From: Takakia lepidozioides
Lineage: Eukaryota; Plantae; Bryophyta
Reading direction: 5' to 3'
DNA length: 64,000 nucleotides
Assembly (NCBI GenBank): GCA_030704615.1
Contig: CM060732.1
Coordinates: 4,340,001 to 4,404,000, forward strand
The notes under the pieces were generated by a model, which saw nothing but the letters and a program-made list of their open reading frames with translations, did no database searches and had not been told where the DNA came from. Shown here piece by piece: positions 11,506 to 24,125 of this stretch; the first letter of the stretch is position 1, and each line of letters opens with the position of its first letter. The translations under genes were made by a program, and so were the position numbers.

Positions 11506-14500
11506 ATCCACAAAACAGGATGCAACTTATGGGCTGTAAATGCTAACCGCCGAATATAAAGAAAACGCCGCAACCTCCTTCAAAAACCCTTACGCACACA
11601 CCTCGTGCTTGAAGCCTTGGAGTGATCAATCTCCCTCTTGCACCGTTCGTGGACCTATGCTAGAGACAACTAGATTGATAGCCCAAACGTTGCATAGAGG
11701 TGCGGAATTCATCCACGAACGTTCTCATCCAACAAGGTCATGCAGGATGATAACCCACAAACTTCATCCATATAAATCCACCAACAGATTTCATCAAGGG
11801 GCTTAGCCTAAAACACACCTAGGCTACTAACCCTTAAGTGCATCAAAAAGGAAAAATAAAAAAACAGGGCACAAGAATTTGCACCACATATGTGGTGTGG
11901 CTCCCGTTTTAAGTGACAGCGTCCCTGCGGTCTTTCTGCTGACTTGGATGTGCTTGTATTGCCTCATCTGCACATGGGTCAAGACATCCCTCCTCACCAG
12001 TCTGGATCGAATCAGATTCCATGTCCGTTGGCATTGATTGTGCTACTTCTATACCCTCACTGGTTGACAATTGCATCAGATACTTTTAGGCCTGGATCCG
12101 CCCCAAGTTGTCCCAGATTACGTGGAGGGACAAGAGAAAAACTATCCCTGCACTGCATGGATACTCGATGCTTCATGATGGTGAGACAGAGGCCTTCATC
12201 CCACTCGTGGCTTGGCAGCTCTTCCAGGGCTGATCTATCCCTCTGTGTAGAGTTTCCAGTACCCATTTTACCACACCTCCACATTCGGAACCCTTCCTCA
12301 CATGCTTGATGCCAAGGTCCTCACATGTCAAGGAGAACTCTCCTACCCAGTCTATGTCATCACTTGTCAATATGACCTCAGGGAGGCCATACAGAATTAT
12401 GATCTTTTTCTCCAAAAAACAAGCCGCTACATCAGATGTTCTATCTGTCACTGGGCTAATTTCCACCTTCCAATTGTATGGGTCCAGGGCTACAAGCATA
12501 CTTGCTGCCCTTCCTAGTTTCAAAAAAAGGAGCAAAGCTGATGGTGATGTGGTGGAACACGCTTACACTGCCACTGGTGCAGGATGAAGAATGTTCTGAT
12601 GCTTCCAAATCCTCTTTAGCGGGTAGATGCCTTGTTGGCAACACTGAATCAGCCTTGCAGTCATGGTGATGTTTCTATGCATGGTTACAGTACAAACACT
12701 CCTCGGTCTCCATGCTGACTACTAGTAGCTCATTACGTAGTTTTGAGACTGTATTTGGGGCAGCCTCACACCTGCCCACTATTGCATGCCCTACACCTTT
12801 TTCAGGTGTGTCACTTTCTGCCATCATTGACCATGCGCTCGTGTGCTCAGGGCTCTGTTCTCTCATCAGTTCTTGTTCCCTTGCCGCATCATGCACACCT
12901 TTAACATCCCCAATCGATGGCTCATGCTGATCAGTATCTGCTTCGTCCTCCCCTTTTTGGCACCTTTCCTTCTCGGTTGCCCTTGATTTCCTGACCCTAG
13001 CCAATTCTTCCTGGGATGTATGTCCAGATACCCTCTGTTCCTGTGGCATTTTTCCAATTGTGAGATTTCCAACTGTTTGCACGAGACCTTGCCTTTGTGT
13101 CCCATGCCCATTTCACAATGCCAGCACAACTCTTCAACACATGGCTTTGGCGGTATGATCATTTCGGCATTGTCAGTTTCATCCCTGGTGTGCTCATCAA
13201 CCGCATCCTTTCCCTTGTGTGCAGCACTTGCTGCATTCAAGCCCGATTCTTCTTTCACAGAGACTGAGTCTACTAGTGCCGTGATCTCCTACTCCTCTTT
13301 TGCTTCAGGCATTGTCCTTTCGTTCTGAACAACGTTGATTGATAGTAGGTATTGGCAATCCCTAATGCGGCCAGACTTACCTCCTCTTTTGACTGATGGC
13401 TGCCCAAGACAAGGCCTTCAACGCACATACTGGAAACACTCTCATTACTTGGTAACCATTTCAATATATTGGATCCAATCCTGGGATCCCAGATGTCTCT
13501 CTTGGCACTCAAACTCCTATCCTCACTCGTCATTTTTCCCTTGACATCTCTCACTGGGCTATGAAAACACTCACTGAACCCTTCTGTATCCATTGACTCC
13601 CAGACCTCACTTGGTCCTCTCATTTTCTCTCCCCTTGGATTGTAAATGGTATCCCAATCATGATAGGCTGATCCCTCCTGACTCCCATACAACTCATCTG
13701 AAGAATCTACCAGCACATTTCTATCACATACTGTTCCCTCATCCCTGGAAGCCTCATGTTCCATGCTGTCAACTATTTCTTCCAGGTAACATATAGACCT
13801 TCTCTCACCCATCACATATTTTCTCTCAATCTCACCAGGTCTATCCCAAGTCCCCTTTCCTACAAACTGAAAGGAGAAATTTTCCAACCCATTGGCTCGT
13901 GTGGTAATATCCATCCAAATGGGTCCAGCTTTGTGGAACCTCTATGGAGAGTAGATATATACTTGGGTCACTCTCATTTAGCTCTACTGGCAGAATATGC
14001 ACAATGCTATTTATCTCCAATTCCTCAGATTCTTGGGCTGCCCCCACAGGGTATCTACTCAAAGCATCGACGTTAGAGTGCTTGGAACCAGCCCTATGAA
14101 CTATCTTGAAATCAAAGTCTTGTAACATCATTATTCATCTCCCTCTCCTACCATAGGCGTCACTCATCGTGGCGAACCACTCAAGTGGTTTGTGATCCGT
14201 TCTGATAATGAAGTGGGTGCCATACAGGTACTGCCGAAAATGAATGACACCCCACACTAGGGCATACCATTCACCCTCCATGGGGTGATACTTCTTTTGG
14301 GCCTCGGACAATGCCTTACTGGCATATGCAATCACTTGCTCCCTTTGCTGATTCTTGTGAGATAGAATGGCCCCAACAGCCTTCCGAGACCAGTCCACAT
14401 CAAGAATAAAAGGTTTTGAAAAATTAGGACGAGCAAGCACTGGGGCAGTCAACAGATGCAATCTCAATGACTCAAAAGCATTATGAGCATCAACATTCCA

Positions 14501-15238
14501 CTTAAAGACAACATCCTTCATGGTGAGATAGAAAAGGGGCACACAAATGATGGAAAATCCCTCAACATATATCCTATAGTACCCACAGATCCCTACAAAC
14601 ACCCTCACACCAGTGGCATTCTTGGGCACAGGATAGTGCTGGATAGCAGCGATTTTGTTTGGGTCAATTTCAAGCTAGCACCCTCAAGCCTTTCCAACAC
14701 CTTCTCTAGGTGTTGAAGATGCAATTCCCAAGACTCACTATGAACATTGACATCATCAACAAACACCTTTGCACACTCCTTGATCTCAGTGGCTAGAATG
14801 GTGTTCATAGCTCTCTGAAAAGTAGCAGTGGCATTTTTCAAACCAAAAGGCTTCACCAACCATTCATACAAACCCCTCTTATTGATTACGGTGGTTTTCT
14901 TGATATCCCTAGGGTCCATCTTTATCTGCCAGAAACCACTCTGTAGATCCAAAGCTGAGAACCACTCAGCCTTGCCTAATTGTTCAAGGCATTGGGTAAG
15001 AGTCTCGCCTGGTCAGATTGATGACAGACCTATAGAAATATTCTTGAGCCATCCTTCTTTGGAGGCATGGTGACTGGACATGAAAATTCAGACTTACTCT
15101 CACGCTTCTTCTCCAAAGCAATCAATGATTCTATCTGCTTCTGCACCTCATTCTCTTCCCACTCTGAAAGTCTGTTGGGATAACTTTTGCATGGAGGAAA
15201 GCCTTGCGTGTCGACGACATGTTCTACAACGGAGCAGA

Positions 15239-16342
15239 GAGAGAAGACTCCGACCGAGGCCGGTGTAAGTAAGAGCCACTTCGCCTTGCGGCTACTGCCC
15301 CTTTTCAGGGGTGGGCCCTATGTAAAAATAACCGGTGTCCAGGGGACACCAAGTAGCCAGCTGGGGGGGGGTGGAAGCCCATGGGTGCCCGCCGAGTATC
15401 CAAATATATGTATCTAGGAGGCAAGAGCAGGGTTTGATTCAAGTTGTCGTTTGTTGGTGATGATAGCAGTGAGAGAACGGAGGGTCGTGAGGTGTATGGC
15501 TTTGAAGCATTTATGGATGGAGATGATCAGAAGATTAAAGTTATTTTTAAGTTCCGAGATGCTGGCCTTGTGGATGCCCCCTCTGGTGCCGGCAGTGATG
15601 ACAGTGAGGGGGCCTGTGGCCCATCCCCTCCGGCGGATAGCAAGAATGAGTGGTGCATATTTTTGGCGTTTTTTGAGGATGGAGGAGCTGGGGAAGCGGT
15701 CATTGCAAAATGTGAATTCTAAGAAGTGTATGGTAATGGCGGGGGGCAGAAGCATGTTACAGTGGCTCACTTTTGTCAGTCTACTCTAATCTACTCTCAT
15801 TTTTCATCTTCAAAACACAACAGCTTTGTTTGGAAACCAATTTTTGGGTGATCTCAAATTGAGTTGACAACAAAAATAAATTGCAACACCTAATTTGAAG
15901 TTCCTATGAAAAAAGATATAAATGAAAGTAGACAAGTTTAGACTGGACAAATTTTTTGCCAAGTGAGCCACTGTAGCATGCTTCTGCCCCCGGGGGACGG
16001 GGCAGAGGGCGGTGGGGCGTTGATGGGGAGCCCCTGGACTATGAGGATATCCGGACAGAGGCGGGAAGGGCATGTACATGATGTGTGGGGGCGACATATA
16101 CAGGGGAGTAGCCACGTAGGTACCGTGTGGTTTTGGGGCGACCTTGGTAGGTGCCCGCATTGATGAGTGAGAACCATCTGGTTTCATTACGTCGTTGTAG
16201 GAGTTTGTGGATGTGCCATACAGCGTGGTTGTGTCGTGCAATATGAAGTCCATGAATGACTGGGTGGGGGCATTGGTTAAGAAGGAGGAGCCAGGTATCA
16301 CGTGTGGCGTGGATGTGAGAGCACAGAGGGCAGTTTGGTGAG
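15239..16342 (-). mobile_element. 5'-truncated non-LTR retrotransposon 3' end (CCHC zinc finger + restriction-like endonuclease), Dualen/RandI-like
   Basis: 14-bp TSD TACAACGGAGCAGA at 15225-15238 and 16343-16356. Removing the insert restores the host RT (SVVEHVVDTQGFPP). It encodes CPLC...DTW...C.HP..HGLHIARHN, PDILIVQG and FLEFTFCND...KKRQKYAPL...GW...AGTRG, and ends in a CT-rich tail. Confidence 0.88.
15742..15991. mobile_element. MITE (250 bp) inserted in the RLE domain
   Basis: 31-bp TIRs GGGGGCAGAAGCATGYTACAGTGGCTCACTT with one mismatch and an AT-rich core. The TSD is ambiguous because of the G-run. Confidence 0.85.
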
Positions 16343-16783
16343 TACAACGGAGCAGAACCACAGGGCAGCCTTAGATAGGGCAAAACAGTGTTGCTTCTTT
16401 CTGAGTAATCTCTTAAGTCTTGCCGGGTGCTGCCGTATTCCCCGAAGGCTCCCCTATGACACTGCCATTCTCAAAAGAATCTCTGCAGTGTGTCTGTGAG
16501 ACAATCAGTCTTCTTGTCCAGCGGATTAACGTAGAATGCCTCATCAACATCCTCCCCACTCATAGGCTCGAGTGGTGTTTATCCCAGCTTCCGCAAGCCA
16601 ATCTCAATTTCCTTGGCAGTTTCCAAAGCCTCCTCTATATCAGTGAACCTCCTTCCCAGCATGGCCCTCATGATTTCAGGCCTAAGACCACTAATGAAAC
16701 GTTTTCGCTGCTCCAAGTCAGAAATTGCTCCCTTCATGAAGAGGCGAGTGAATCTATCATAATATGTTTGCACTCTCTGACGG

Positions 16784-17502
16784 GGGGGGGGTGTTTGTCT
16801 ATGAGCACAAAAAAACATGAGCAGAACCCCAAAAAAGAATATTTTTCGCATATTTCTGCGAATATTTCCAGGTTTCCGACCATCGGAACCTGTTTTTTGA
16901 CCATCCGAACCTGATTTTCAGTGTTACAAGTGCACGATTTTCCCTCATCATAGAACAATCAAGTTAGGTGCGGATGTAAAGCTAGGTTCGGGATTCCCCA
17001 TATTTGGACGTTGGTACCTTCTTTTTGAGAAGTCGGCACAGACTTCCGGCCGCCTACTGTCTTTTTTCTTCTTTTCTTTTTTTTCTTTTTTTCTTCTTGT
17101 TTTGAGAAGTCGACAGAGACTTCCGGCTGCCTATTTTCCAGATTATTGTGATTATTATTATTATTATTATTATTGAAGTCGGCACAGACTTCCGGCTTCC
17201 CAATTTTCAGTTTTTTTTAATATAAAATATTTTTTGAAAAGTCGGCACATATATATATATATATATTATTTTATTTTTGAGAAGTCGGCACAAACTTCCG
17301 GCTGTACATTTTCCGTTTGGCCCGCGCGGGTATAGGTGGTCACCTTCTATTTAGGAATATAACTTTGGTCCTTTAGCTTTGCTCATATCCCGAGCCTATT
17401 CCGAACCTGGAATCTGGCTTCGGGTTTGCTTCGGTGTAGGTTCGAAAACTCTGCTCATGGCTCATGGCTCGTCTGCTCATGGCTCATGGAAAATACAGAC
17501 CC
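16784..17502. mobile_element. Non-autonomous Mutator-like element with 9-bp TSD
   Basis: CTCTGACGG at 16775-16783 and 17503-17511. Imperfect GGG...ATGAGC termini. It splits gag (IKQE|RQRVQTYY) and contains five GAAGTCGGCACAGACTTCCGGC-like units. Confidence 0.75.
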
Positions 17503-18002
17503 CTCTGACGGGGGGGTTTCTTGCTTAATGGAATCCAATCTCATTTTGATCTTGGCCAGATCAACCATGCCAAACTTGACAATGATTGTTGCCTGAAAAT
17601 CCTCCCAATTGTCTGGCCTAGGGTTTTGTTTCCTAAACCCTTCATCAGCCCTAGACTTCAAATTAAGCCTAGCAACCTTAAACATCTTGTCATTAGTTAC
17701 TCACGAACTTCACCTGCCATCTGAATCCTCTCAATCCAGTCATTCACATCCTCACTCTCCCTTCCTGAGAAAGGGAGTTCTATACAGGGATCAAGGTGTG
17801 ATCCTTACCAGCCATAAAACCCTACATTGATGCTTCCGCTGCAACAACGACATACCCCTGACATATGCAATCGTTTATCTCATCAACATAAGGCGACCCG
17901 CGCCTGTTTCTTTTTCTCTTTTGCTGCACGACATCAGATGTCGGGTATGAATGTGAAGGGTAAGAAGGTTAGTAACTAGGGCTTTTGTGTAGGCCCCTTT
18001 TT

Positions 18003-18014
18003 TGGTATCAGAGC
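18003..18014 (+). promoter_or_regulatory. Primer-binding site complementary to initiator tRNA-Met
   Basis: Exact TGGTATCAGAGC. No clear LTR-terminal CA lies just upstream. Confidence 0.5.
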
Positions 18015-18059
18015 AGTTCGATACTTGTGGTTTGCAATGCTGTGTGTTTTGATGTTTCA

Positions 18060-18330
18060 TTGTGTTCCGGAACACATGACCGGAAGATTGAGGCAGAGAA
18101 TAATTGCAATTCATGGAAAACCAAAAGACAACAAGTGTCGACAGATTGCGGAGCTAGCAGAGCTCACTGATGACCAGGCAGCATGGCATAGGATGATGGA
18201 GGAAGAGATCACACTAATTCATGAGCTTGAAAGCACATTGCGGGACAATGTAGGTTCAGCACAGAAGGCACAGCAGCGAGCCTATGCAGCAAGGCATTCA
18301 AAGGGAAATGAGCTTACCATTTTACAAGAA
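18060..18330 (+). pseudogene. Gypsy integrase C-terminal fragment
   Basis: LRDNVGSAQKAQQRAYAARH resembles the N..AQ..QK..Y..R helix that follows the integrase core. Confidence 0.55.
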
Positions 18331-19739
18331 AGAGCTGGAAAACAGTGGAGTGAAGTATGGTGGGATTCATGGCGGGACTCAAAACTCATATTCCTGAGTG
18401 ACAAAACGTCAGCTGGAGTAAGCGTTGACTGGAGGGCCAGCCAGCTAAAAACGGGAGTGCTTACATCTGTAGGGCAAAGGCATGTGACCTAGGGAAATGC
18501 GGGAGAAAGCTAGAGCACGGAGGGTTATGGGGGGCTCAAGGATGCAATGAAGTCGCGATTTTTCATTGAGGAGAAGTGGATGAAATCGCCAATTTTTCAT
18601 TCAAACATGGATTGAGTACTAGATGGATGACGGGTTGGTAGAGGGATGAAATGTGAGAGAAAGATCGATTTATCATTGCTGGGATGAAATCACGGAAATA
18701 AAGGAGATGCAACAGTAATTTAGGAACGGGGTGGCCATATTAAATATTAACAAGTGACATGCAGCTAAAAGGGTGGTTGAGAAACAAAACACGTAGATAT
18801 AGTATGTTTTTAGAAGTTGGCCCGTGGCACAAAGGGGGCTAAGACCCGGTGACCGCCATACTTGATGTCCAAAAGCTGTAGGATCTTAAATATTGTTGGC
18901 TTGCTACTAAATAATCACGTGAAGGAGGCGGCGGGATAAGATGGAGTTAGGGATTAGCACAAGTATAAGATTAGTGGAGACTGGATGGTCATCTGGCTCC
19001 TTTTGTTCTAGTTTTCGGCTATCAAGTAAAGTACTGAGTTCACCGTGATGAAGTGTGGGGGCATATGAATCATTTTAGATTTGAAGTAGGAGGCGATGGT
19101 CATGTTTAGCTAGCATCAGAATGAGTGACAAGGATCATTGAGCATAGGATCCAACATGCGAGTTGTATTCACGTAGAATGAAGCTTGAGCGACTCCACTA
19201 ACATGTCGGGAAGATTAGAAATAGAGGTTGATCACGGGAAGTAGAGGGCAAGTCGTCCACCAGATTGCCTGCATAGCCATGTAAGATCGAGTTGTTAGCA
19301 TTGAAGCAAAGCATGATCGCACCTGAAGTATGAAGTAAGCAGCACTGCAGTGCCATATGCGAACAGTGAATGATGCAAATACAAAGGCCGAAGAAGTAAG
19401 AGGAATGATCAAAAGAATGCGACCACCTGCCCGGGATGATAAGAAAGACAATTAGCATGTTACTTCAAAACAAGAAGTCAAATAATCCAGGCTTTCTCTT
19501 CCGCTGCAGTCTGGGATAGATGGAGTACTAACGGGATGTGTGGCATAGGTGTTAGGACCCTCCATTTTTGCTTACAACACCACCTTTGGTTACAGAAGGT
19601 GGAGACTGATATGGAAAACTAAATGTATTTCTGTGATCTACAGCCTTAACTTCTGAAAGTATAAACCTACAGAAGACATTGAATGTTTAAAAACAAGCAC
19701 CACACATGTTATCAAATGATGTAGACAAGCCAACACACC

Positions 19740-20450
19740 AAAAGGTTGACTACAAAATTCTGGGGACACCACTTTCATTCGCCGAAGGTGGGCACAAAAA
19801 ACAGAAGGCATGGAGGTCCACAACATAATATGGGGGAGACGACCTTCTTTTGTCGAAGGTAGAAAAAGAATAAAACGTCTAAGAACTAATTTGGGGACAC
19901 CACCTTTGTCCGAAGAAGGTGGGCATAAAAATGAAAGATCCAAATTTTTTTTGGAGGAGACGACCTCGTCCGATGAAGGTGAGCATAGAAAACAAAGATC
20001 CAATTTTTTTTTGGAGGAGACCACCTTTGTTCAACGAAGGTGAGGAATAAAAGTCAAAGATTCAAAAACGTTTTAGTGGAAACTACCTTCATTCAACGAA
20101 AATGGGCATAGAAATCAAGGATCAAAGACAATTTATGTGGTAGACCACCTTTATTTGCCGAAAATGGGTAGAAAAATCCGAAATATTGCTTTGTGGATAC
20201 CATTTTAATCTGCCAAATGTGGGCATAGAGATCAGTAGGTCTAAGTCAATTTTGGGGCAGACCACCTTCGGCAAATGAGGACGTTGAAAATGTCTTCAAG
20301 AATTTATCATGGACACCACATCTGGTGAACGAATGTACATTTCTGGTGATACAAATAGACACATGGTGAGAATTCCAACCTTCTGTCAATGAAGGTGTTT
20401 TATTTTTCTTCCTTGTACCTTCGTCCGTTCGAAGGTAATTTTTCTTGGGC
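19740..20450. repeat. Degenerate ~62-bp tandem repeat with CCTTC...GAAGG dyad core
   Basis: Recurring GGAGAC(G/C)ACCT(T)...CGAAGGTG(G/A)GCATA unit, roughly ten copies by eye. Confidence 0.7.
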
Positions 20451-20579
20451 AACTTCAAATATTCTTGGTGACCTTTGTTGATCTTCGTCACTGATGGATT
20501 TGTGCTGATAACTGACAGAATATGAGCTCTTCTGCTCATAAGGAATCTATACCCCGTCACAAAGCGTCTATCGAGCTCA

Positions 20580-22850
20580 TCTGAATTTGAGTGTTTGTCG
20601 GATTTGTGCGTCAATGGTAGTTTTGGTTAGCCAGAAATGATTTGAGAGTTTATGGTGCAATACATTTGATTGAGTCCATTTTTGGATGTGTACTTTGGTG
20701 TGGCTGATGGAGGCTACAGCTTGTTTATTTGCTTCTCTAGTGAGAGTGGTCAGAAGGTTTCGGACTGGTCTGGGTACAGGGGGGTCCGGGACGGGGTGTA
20801 TCAACCAGAAGGGGTGGGTATGGGCGATGTGGATAGGGTCGGGTTGTGGGTTCGATTGTGGGTTGAGAGGCGCCGAGTTGAGCGAGTAGGTCTGCTTCCT
20901 CATTACCATGAATGCCAGTGTGCGAGCGGACTTTAAGTAAATGGACTGGATGGTTTTTGGAAATGGCGGCAATGAGGTTGCGGTCGGGGTGATAATGATG
21001 GGAAGAAGGGCGGGAGATGTGGTTTCGAATAAGAAATAGAGAGGTGAGGCTATCAGTGAAGATATAGTGGGGGGGGGGGGGGGGGGTCAAGTAGAGAGAG
21101 AGCGTCGTGGATGGCCATGAGCTCAGCCCTTAGAATTATAGCAGGGCCAAGGAGCCGGTGGGCAACACCCCGACCGCTGCCAGCGTGATAAATTCCATAT
21201 CCTGCATTAGGTTTGGTGAGGGATCCATCAGTGTAGTGTGAGTTTGCCAGGGGATACTTGAGGGCGGTGTTTTGCTGATATATTGAGGGGATTGGGGGAA
21301 GGGGTGTTAATGTTGGTATTACCTGGGGGGGGGTGCGGCTGTGCCATGCCCCAGGCTTTGTTTGTTTTGATCCAGGGAAATGTGGTGGTTGTGTGGGTGT
21401 GGAGGGGTGTAGCTGGGTAATGGATGGTGGCCTTCATTTTATGAGTTATGGTTAGCAACTGTTCTAGCTGGTGGAAAAAATGTGTCGGTATGTTTGTATG
21501 AATGGGGTTTTGGACGTGTAGAATCAGAGTTAGGGTAGGTTCTTTCCTTTTGAGGTACTTGGGAAGAGGGGGGGTATGAACATACTTAATCTGATTTGGG
21601 TCAATTGTGGCGAGTAGATTGACCCCTTCTGGGAGTTGTAGGAGAGGGTGGGGGGTGCTAGGTGTGTTTTGCTGTGTGAGGATGAGGATTGTGGAGGCAA
21701 GAGGAGAGGAGTGTGCTGCGAATATTGCCCATTAAAGAGCTTCATAAGCGAGGGGGCCATAGGGGGGGTGGGCAAAGCCCCTACCCTCCCAGGTATGCTG
21801 GGTAGCATTGCCGGTGGCTCCAAAGAGACAATCCTTGTGGTGCGGGTTGGAAAATGTGTGCAAGTCCATAGGACATATTAGTGGATTGGAGTAATATGAG
21901 TGAGTAAGCTGGAATGTATTGATAAGTAAGGCGAGAATATCTTGGGGTATGGCATGGTGTGCGCAGGCCATTTCCAGTCGGGTGAGGGATCGTGGCTTCT
22001 TGGGGGGGGTGTCTTTGAGGTATCGGTCTATGAGCCAATATAATTCGGTCGTGAAATCTTGTTTTGGGGGTTGTAAAGATTGTGGATATGAGTTTGCAGC
22101 AGAATACTTCTCCCACAACCATGTTAATCTATTATTAGGAATGACTCCAATGAAGCGGCCGCGTTGAGCATAAATATTGAAAAGGCGAGGGCCCATGCCA
22201 ATTAGTGGTTGGTCATGCTTGACATCTTTGTCGGGGTTACACTCAGTTATGCAGATGTGCACGTTAGGGGCAGAGATCAGCTGGTGAATGTATCAACTAT
22301 CTGTAGGTTGGGCGGGGTGGTGTGTTGTTGGTGAATGTGTGTTAAGTAGTCCGTGTTAGTATGTTTATGGAAGGAGGTGAGAAGGGCAAGATTGTGTTCG
22401 GGGTCGCAATCATCATGTGGGCCAAATAGGTCATCTTCTATCTGCCATGTATTGTCTTCTGAGGAGTAACCAGCCCATTATAGTGGTAGTATGTGTCAAT
22501 ACATGTGGCACCGAAGACATCGATTGACGTTTGGGTTTGACTCCTAGTATGGCTTCAATGATGTATGCATTATTATTGTCATCATTGTGTGGAGAAGGTG
22601 GGGAGGACGCTATGGTGAGTGGACGTTGGGAGTGGGTAGGGGAGCCTTGCGTATTAGATGAGGGGTTGAATGGCAGATGTAGGTTGTGGTCAGGTTTGGT
22701 ATGTTGCGTGTTAGGTAGATGAGAGGGGGGGTCGGGTTCTGTGACTGTGGGGGTATTGGCGGCATATGCCGTTTTAAGTGTTTGGTAGATGGAGGCAGTA
22801 GGGGGAGCGGGTCTTGAACTGTATGGGGATAGTAGAGACATCATGAAAAC
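20580..22850 (-). mobile_element. Internal fragment of a Dualen/RandI-like LINE: chromodomain, PCIF1-like methyltransferase, RNase H
   Basis: Chromodomain YIIEAIL...WAGYSSEDNTWQIEDDL (~22425-22565, frameshifted). MTase-like FQLTHSYYSNPL...DCLFGATG...GRGFAHPPY (HPPY at 21759-21770). RNase H YTDGS, RAELMAI, YIFTDS, KVRSHTGIHGNEEAD. Confidence 0.8.
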
Positions 22851-23984
22851 ATAGACTTCTAGTTAATACCCTCGAAAGAGGAGGAAAGAATACTAAGGTA
22901 CTAACCCAGGAGAGACCTGGACCATTTGTTTGTTTATGAGATCACGTGTGGGAAAGCTAGGGGTCAGGATAAGAGACCCTAGGGGGTATTTGTGAGATTT
23001 TCAGAAGGAAAAAAAGCCATGTATGTGATTGTTGGTAGCTTGTGTTGAGCTAAGAGGGTTGATTGAAGGCCCAAGGATCATTAGGAAGCTTTTTGGAAAG
23101 GGCCTAGGCCATTCAAAGAAGGCTAGGAGCCCAAAAGGGGAGGTTGAGATCATACCAGTAGAGGTAATTCTTGAGACTCCAAGAGAGTCATAGGAACTCT
23201 GGGGTGTTTGTGCAAGTAGATGCTTGCAAATTTAAGTTTGAGAGAAGGCCTAGGGTCCTCTAGGACCTTAGGGAAAGAATAGGCCCCTAAGAGGTGGGCT
23301 TCCATAGGCCATAGCACCTACCACCGATCATTTTGGACTGCTCCTAAGGTTGGAGACTCGAGGTTTCGAAGCGTTGAGGCACGTTCCCAGAGCGTTCCTA
23401 GGGGGTTCCCTTGGGCCCTTGGCGGTAATTTTTGGATCTTGGGAATCTGGAAGTGATTCCCCATCCAATGCTTATTCTTATTGTTTCTCTTATTATTCTC
23501 ATTTTCTAATGATTTTCATACTTGATTAAATCAGCTTATTTGGCCATTGAGCCCACAATTTATCCGGACCCCCTTAAAGTTAATTCCTCTTGCTTTGTAT
23601 GTTTTCATGGGAGCTAGAGTTGGAATCTAACACCATAGTTGCTTGAGGAGCTTAGATCCTAGCAAGTAGAACTCGAGCTTGCTAGTAGTAGAGAGCATTA
23701 TTTTGTGGGAGCTAGAGTTGGCTTCTAGCCCCACACCTCCTAGGCCTTGGAGCCATTTATAGTTTATAAAGAAGGATTTTCATATTACTAATAAAATAAT
23801 AAAATAATACTCATTAAAATAATGAGTAATAATAATAGTTTATTCAAATCTATTGGGCTCATTCATGAGGGTCCCATTTGATCGACGGTCATGATCGCCT
23901 CTCGCAATTGTTTAAAAAGTTTCATTTTATATTTTACTCCAGTTTATTGGGAAACTTGCTGACCAAGAAAGGAAAAATATGAGC

Positions 23985-24125
23985 CATGGATGAATGGATT
24001 TCATCCAATAGGATGGATGTCGTCCAATATATTTCATCCAACTGGATGTTTTTCATCCAATATGATGGATGATTATTGGCGTTGCTGCCGCTTGCGCTGG
24101 ATGGATGAAGTTCTCCGCTCATCCT
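23985..24125. repeat. GGATGA/TCATCC dyad repeat cluster, possible TE subterminal region
   Basis: Multiple GGATG(A) and TTCATCC motifs in both orientations. A related cluster lies at 18540-18700. Confidence 0.5.

Larger units (their letters stand above)
11900..17830 (-). mobile_element. Degenerate Ty3/Gypsy element (gag, RT, RNase H, integrase) hosting nested insertions
   Basis: Gag pieces at 17455-17685 and 16579-16780. RT DLQSGFWQI...PFGLKNA...VFVDDV. RNase H FILDVDWS...IAYASKAL...RTDHKPL...HSNVDALSR. Integrase core YGLPEVILTS...EF...LGIKH (12173-12535). Confidence 0.9.

Noticed and set aside
18880-19560. Copia RT/RNase H remnant on the minus strand
   Set aside because: Only a vague GY...DD..STS resemblance, too degenerate to support.
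15239-22850. The two Dualen-like LINE pieces as one split element
   Set aside because: The 15239-16342 piece has its own 14-bp TSD, so it is an independent insertion. Membership of the same family is plausible but unproven.
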